Shown here one piece after another: positions 62,314 through 64,000 of a stretch of 64,000 nucleotides of DNA. A program made the position numbers and the translations under genes. Below the pieces are notes generated by a model. It did no database searches. It was given only the letters and a program-made list of their open reading frames with translations, and had not been told where the DNA came from. The stretch is from Paraspadella gotoi (Eukaryota > Animalia > Chaetognatha). Position 1 is the stretch's first letter. Each line of letters starts with the position of its first letter. Location: the NCBI GenBank assembly GCA_051294375.1, contig CM119268.1, forward strand, positions 14,935,897 to 14,999,896. Reading direction: 5' to 3'.

Positions 62314-63392
62314 TTATCGGGTAGAAACATTGATCACGACGATAATTGTTGTATAACTTCGAATCGGATCTTGTCGACGCATGCGCTTGCCTAGATCCTT
62401 TACCTTAATCTTGTCTTTCTCGTACTCATTCGTATACTGCGGTGCATAGTCGTAACCGATTTCTCCGCTGGCGAAGAATCCGACGAGCGGCACTCCGGGA
62501 AACGCTTTACGAAACAGGTTGGCCTCAACATTCGCTTGTTTGAACCGATGCGTTCCTTTTGCCTCGCAGATGAACATAAAAGCAAACGAGACAGAAGGAG
62601 AGCACGTAGACGACGATACCCCGGGTGAGGACGAAGAGAGTAAATTGGGCACGACGCCGCTTCGACGAAGCAGTAACAGTTTCGTTTCCGTGACAATGCG
62701 GTTTGCATCCGGCGGAATGACCACAGAGGCAGCCTTAACGCCTTTACCGCCGAAGGCCAAACAGTGGAACATCATGGATGAAGTTAATTTGTCATCGGGG
62801 CTTCGAGAACGGTCAAAGTCTTCAGGATCGAAGTGACTTTAAAGAAATTTAAAATAGAGACTTTTAAACGATACTGAAATACAGAAAATAGAATAGATAT
62901 ACACAACCTTTTTCACGACTTACAAGAACGGACTTCTCTTTCGAAAGTCAGTGAAGGGCAGCGGCACTTCCTTTATCCTGCTTACGCCAATATATTCCGT
63001 AGAATTTACAATACCCCCAGCAACGACGCACTTTTTATCAACAACTCTAAAAAAATCTTGAAGGGCCTTTTGAGCTAAATTACCGGCCGAGGGACCCGGA
63101 TATGTTCTTTCGAATGTATCTGCAAAAAAAAAATATGAGAGTAAGCAGCAGGAAACCTCACTAGTATGTATAATTATATATATAGTATGTATAATAACTA
63201 ATTAATAAGTATAACTTCTGTAAAAAAATTACCATCTACGATGCGCTTTTGGAAATCGGTGAAAACCAACAGAACTTTAGCGTCGTCAAGACGTGGAACA
63301 TCGTAAACATTTCTATACTTGATTTTATGGGCGCGAAGAGAGAATTGAGACGAAGGCATCAGAGGAAGGACAAGATAGGAGAAATATTCTCC
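62314..63392 (-). CDS. FBXO22: FBXO22-like FIST-domain protein, 3' exons (5' part lies beyond the window)
   Basis: FAFMFICEAKG...NVEANLFRKAFPGVPLVGFFASGEIG...YTTIIVVI matches the FBXO22 FIST-C region. Confidence 0.85.
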
Positions 63393-63452
63393 CTTGAGAG
63401 AGAAATAAAATATTAAAAAAATTATAATTACGTTGATCAAATACAGTGGGGT

Positions 63453-63960
63453 TCATATTATAAAATTAGGTAACCCTGTTTTGTGACCAGAACACGTTCC
63501 GAGAAAACTACTGGACCGAATTTATTGAAATTTGGTACGAACGATCCCTATGTGAATACAAATAGAACTATCGAGACGAATATCAATATTTGATCCCTGA
63601 CCCGAGATATGGGGCCCCGTAGGGGTTAACTCATAAGGGCCAAAAATGGTCACATTTTTTTCTTCAAATTTTTAAATTATTTTTGTTTTGAACAGTTGCA
63701 CGGTCGTTTACTCTTCCACAAAAACGTATTTATTATCACAAAAATATTAGTTCATTTTCAGCAATCATGAAATCAGCAGTTCAAGTCAGATTTGGAATAA
63801 TTTGGGAAAATAGGAAGTTAAACGATGAACCATTCATCTTCAAACCATGCTCAATTATTGTCAATTTATCAATTTCAGTTCTAAACTGTTTTTTATACGT
63901 TTAAAACGTCAATGCACCTGATGCTACTAAAAAGTTTGAAAGAATGAAACAAAAAAATTT
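63453..63960 (+). mobile_element. Non-autonomous Helitron-like repeat, uninterrupted copy, in an FBXO22 intron
   Basis: Homologous to 48462-49640 and lacks both nested insertions. Confidence 0.7.
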
Positions 63961-64000
63961 TAGCTCCCAGGGCCCCTGTATCTTTTTTCAGGGGTTGAAT

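Overview
Gene-dense genomic DNA from an invertebrate animal: spliceosomal introns, AT-rich intergenic DNA, CpG-rich exons and four N gaps. The species cannot be assigned from the sequence. Recognisable genes are FKBP15, mago nashi and STK40 (tightly packed on +), a striated-type myosin II heavy chain (+), a Schlafen/AlbA_2 protein (+), an APP-family gene (-) and the 3' part of an FBXO22-like FIST gene (-). Bases 1-1389 are an indel-ridden copy of the mago/STK40 region ending at a 25-N gap, probably an assembly artefact. Manual splicing gives several genes the ORF track misses or fragments: a secreted 8-Cys knottin with an agatoxin-like framework (38775-39223, -); a tandem pair of 3-exon secreted Cys-rich proteins (31943-33852, +); a 7-exon type II membrane protein nested antisense in a myosin intron; and a 21-exon model fusing an XK-family scramblase domain to Kelch repeats. 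Repeats include an inverted Penelope-like pLTR with an intact minimal hammerhead ribozyme, TIR elements filled with telomere-like repeats, hAT-, Sola- and Helitron-like non-autonomous elements, and tRNA-derived SINEs. All gene models were spliced by hand and need RNA-seq confirmation; family calls come from remembered motifs, not database searches.
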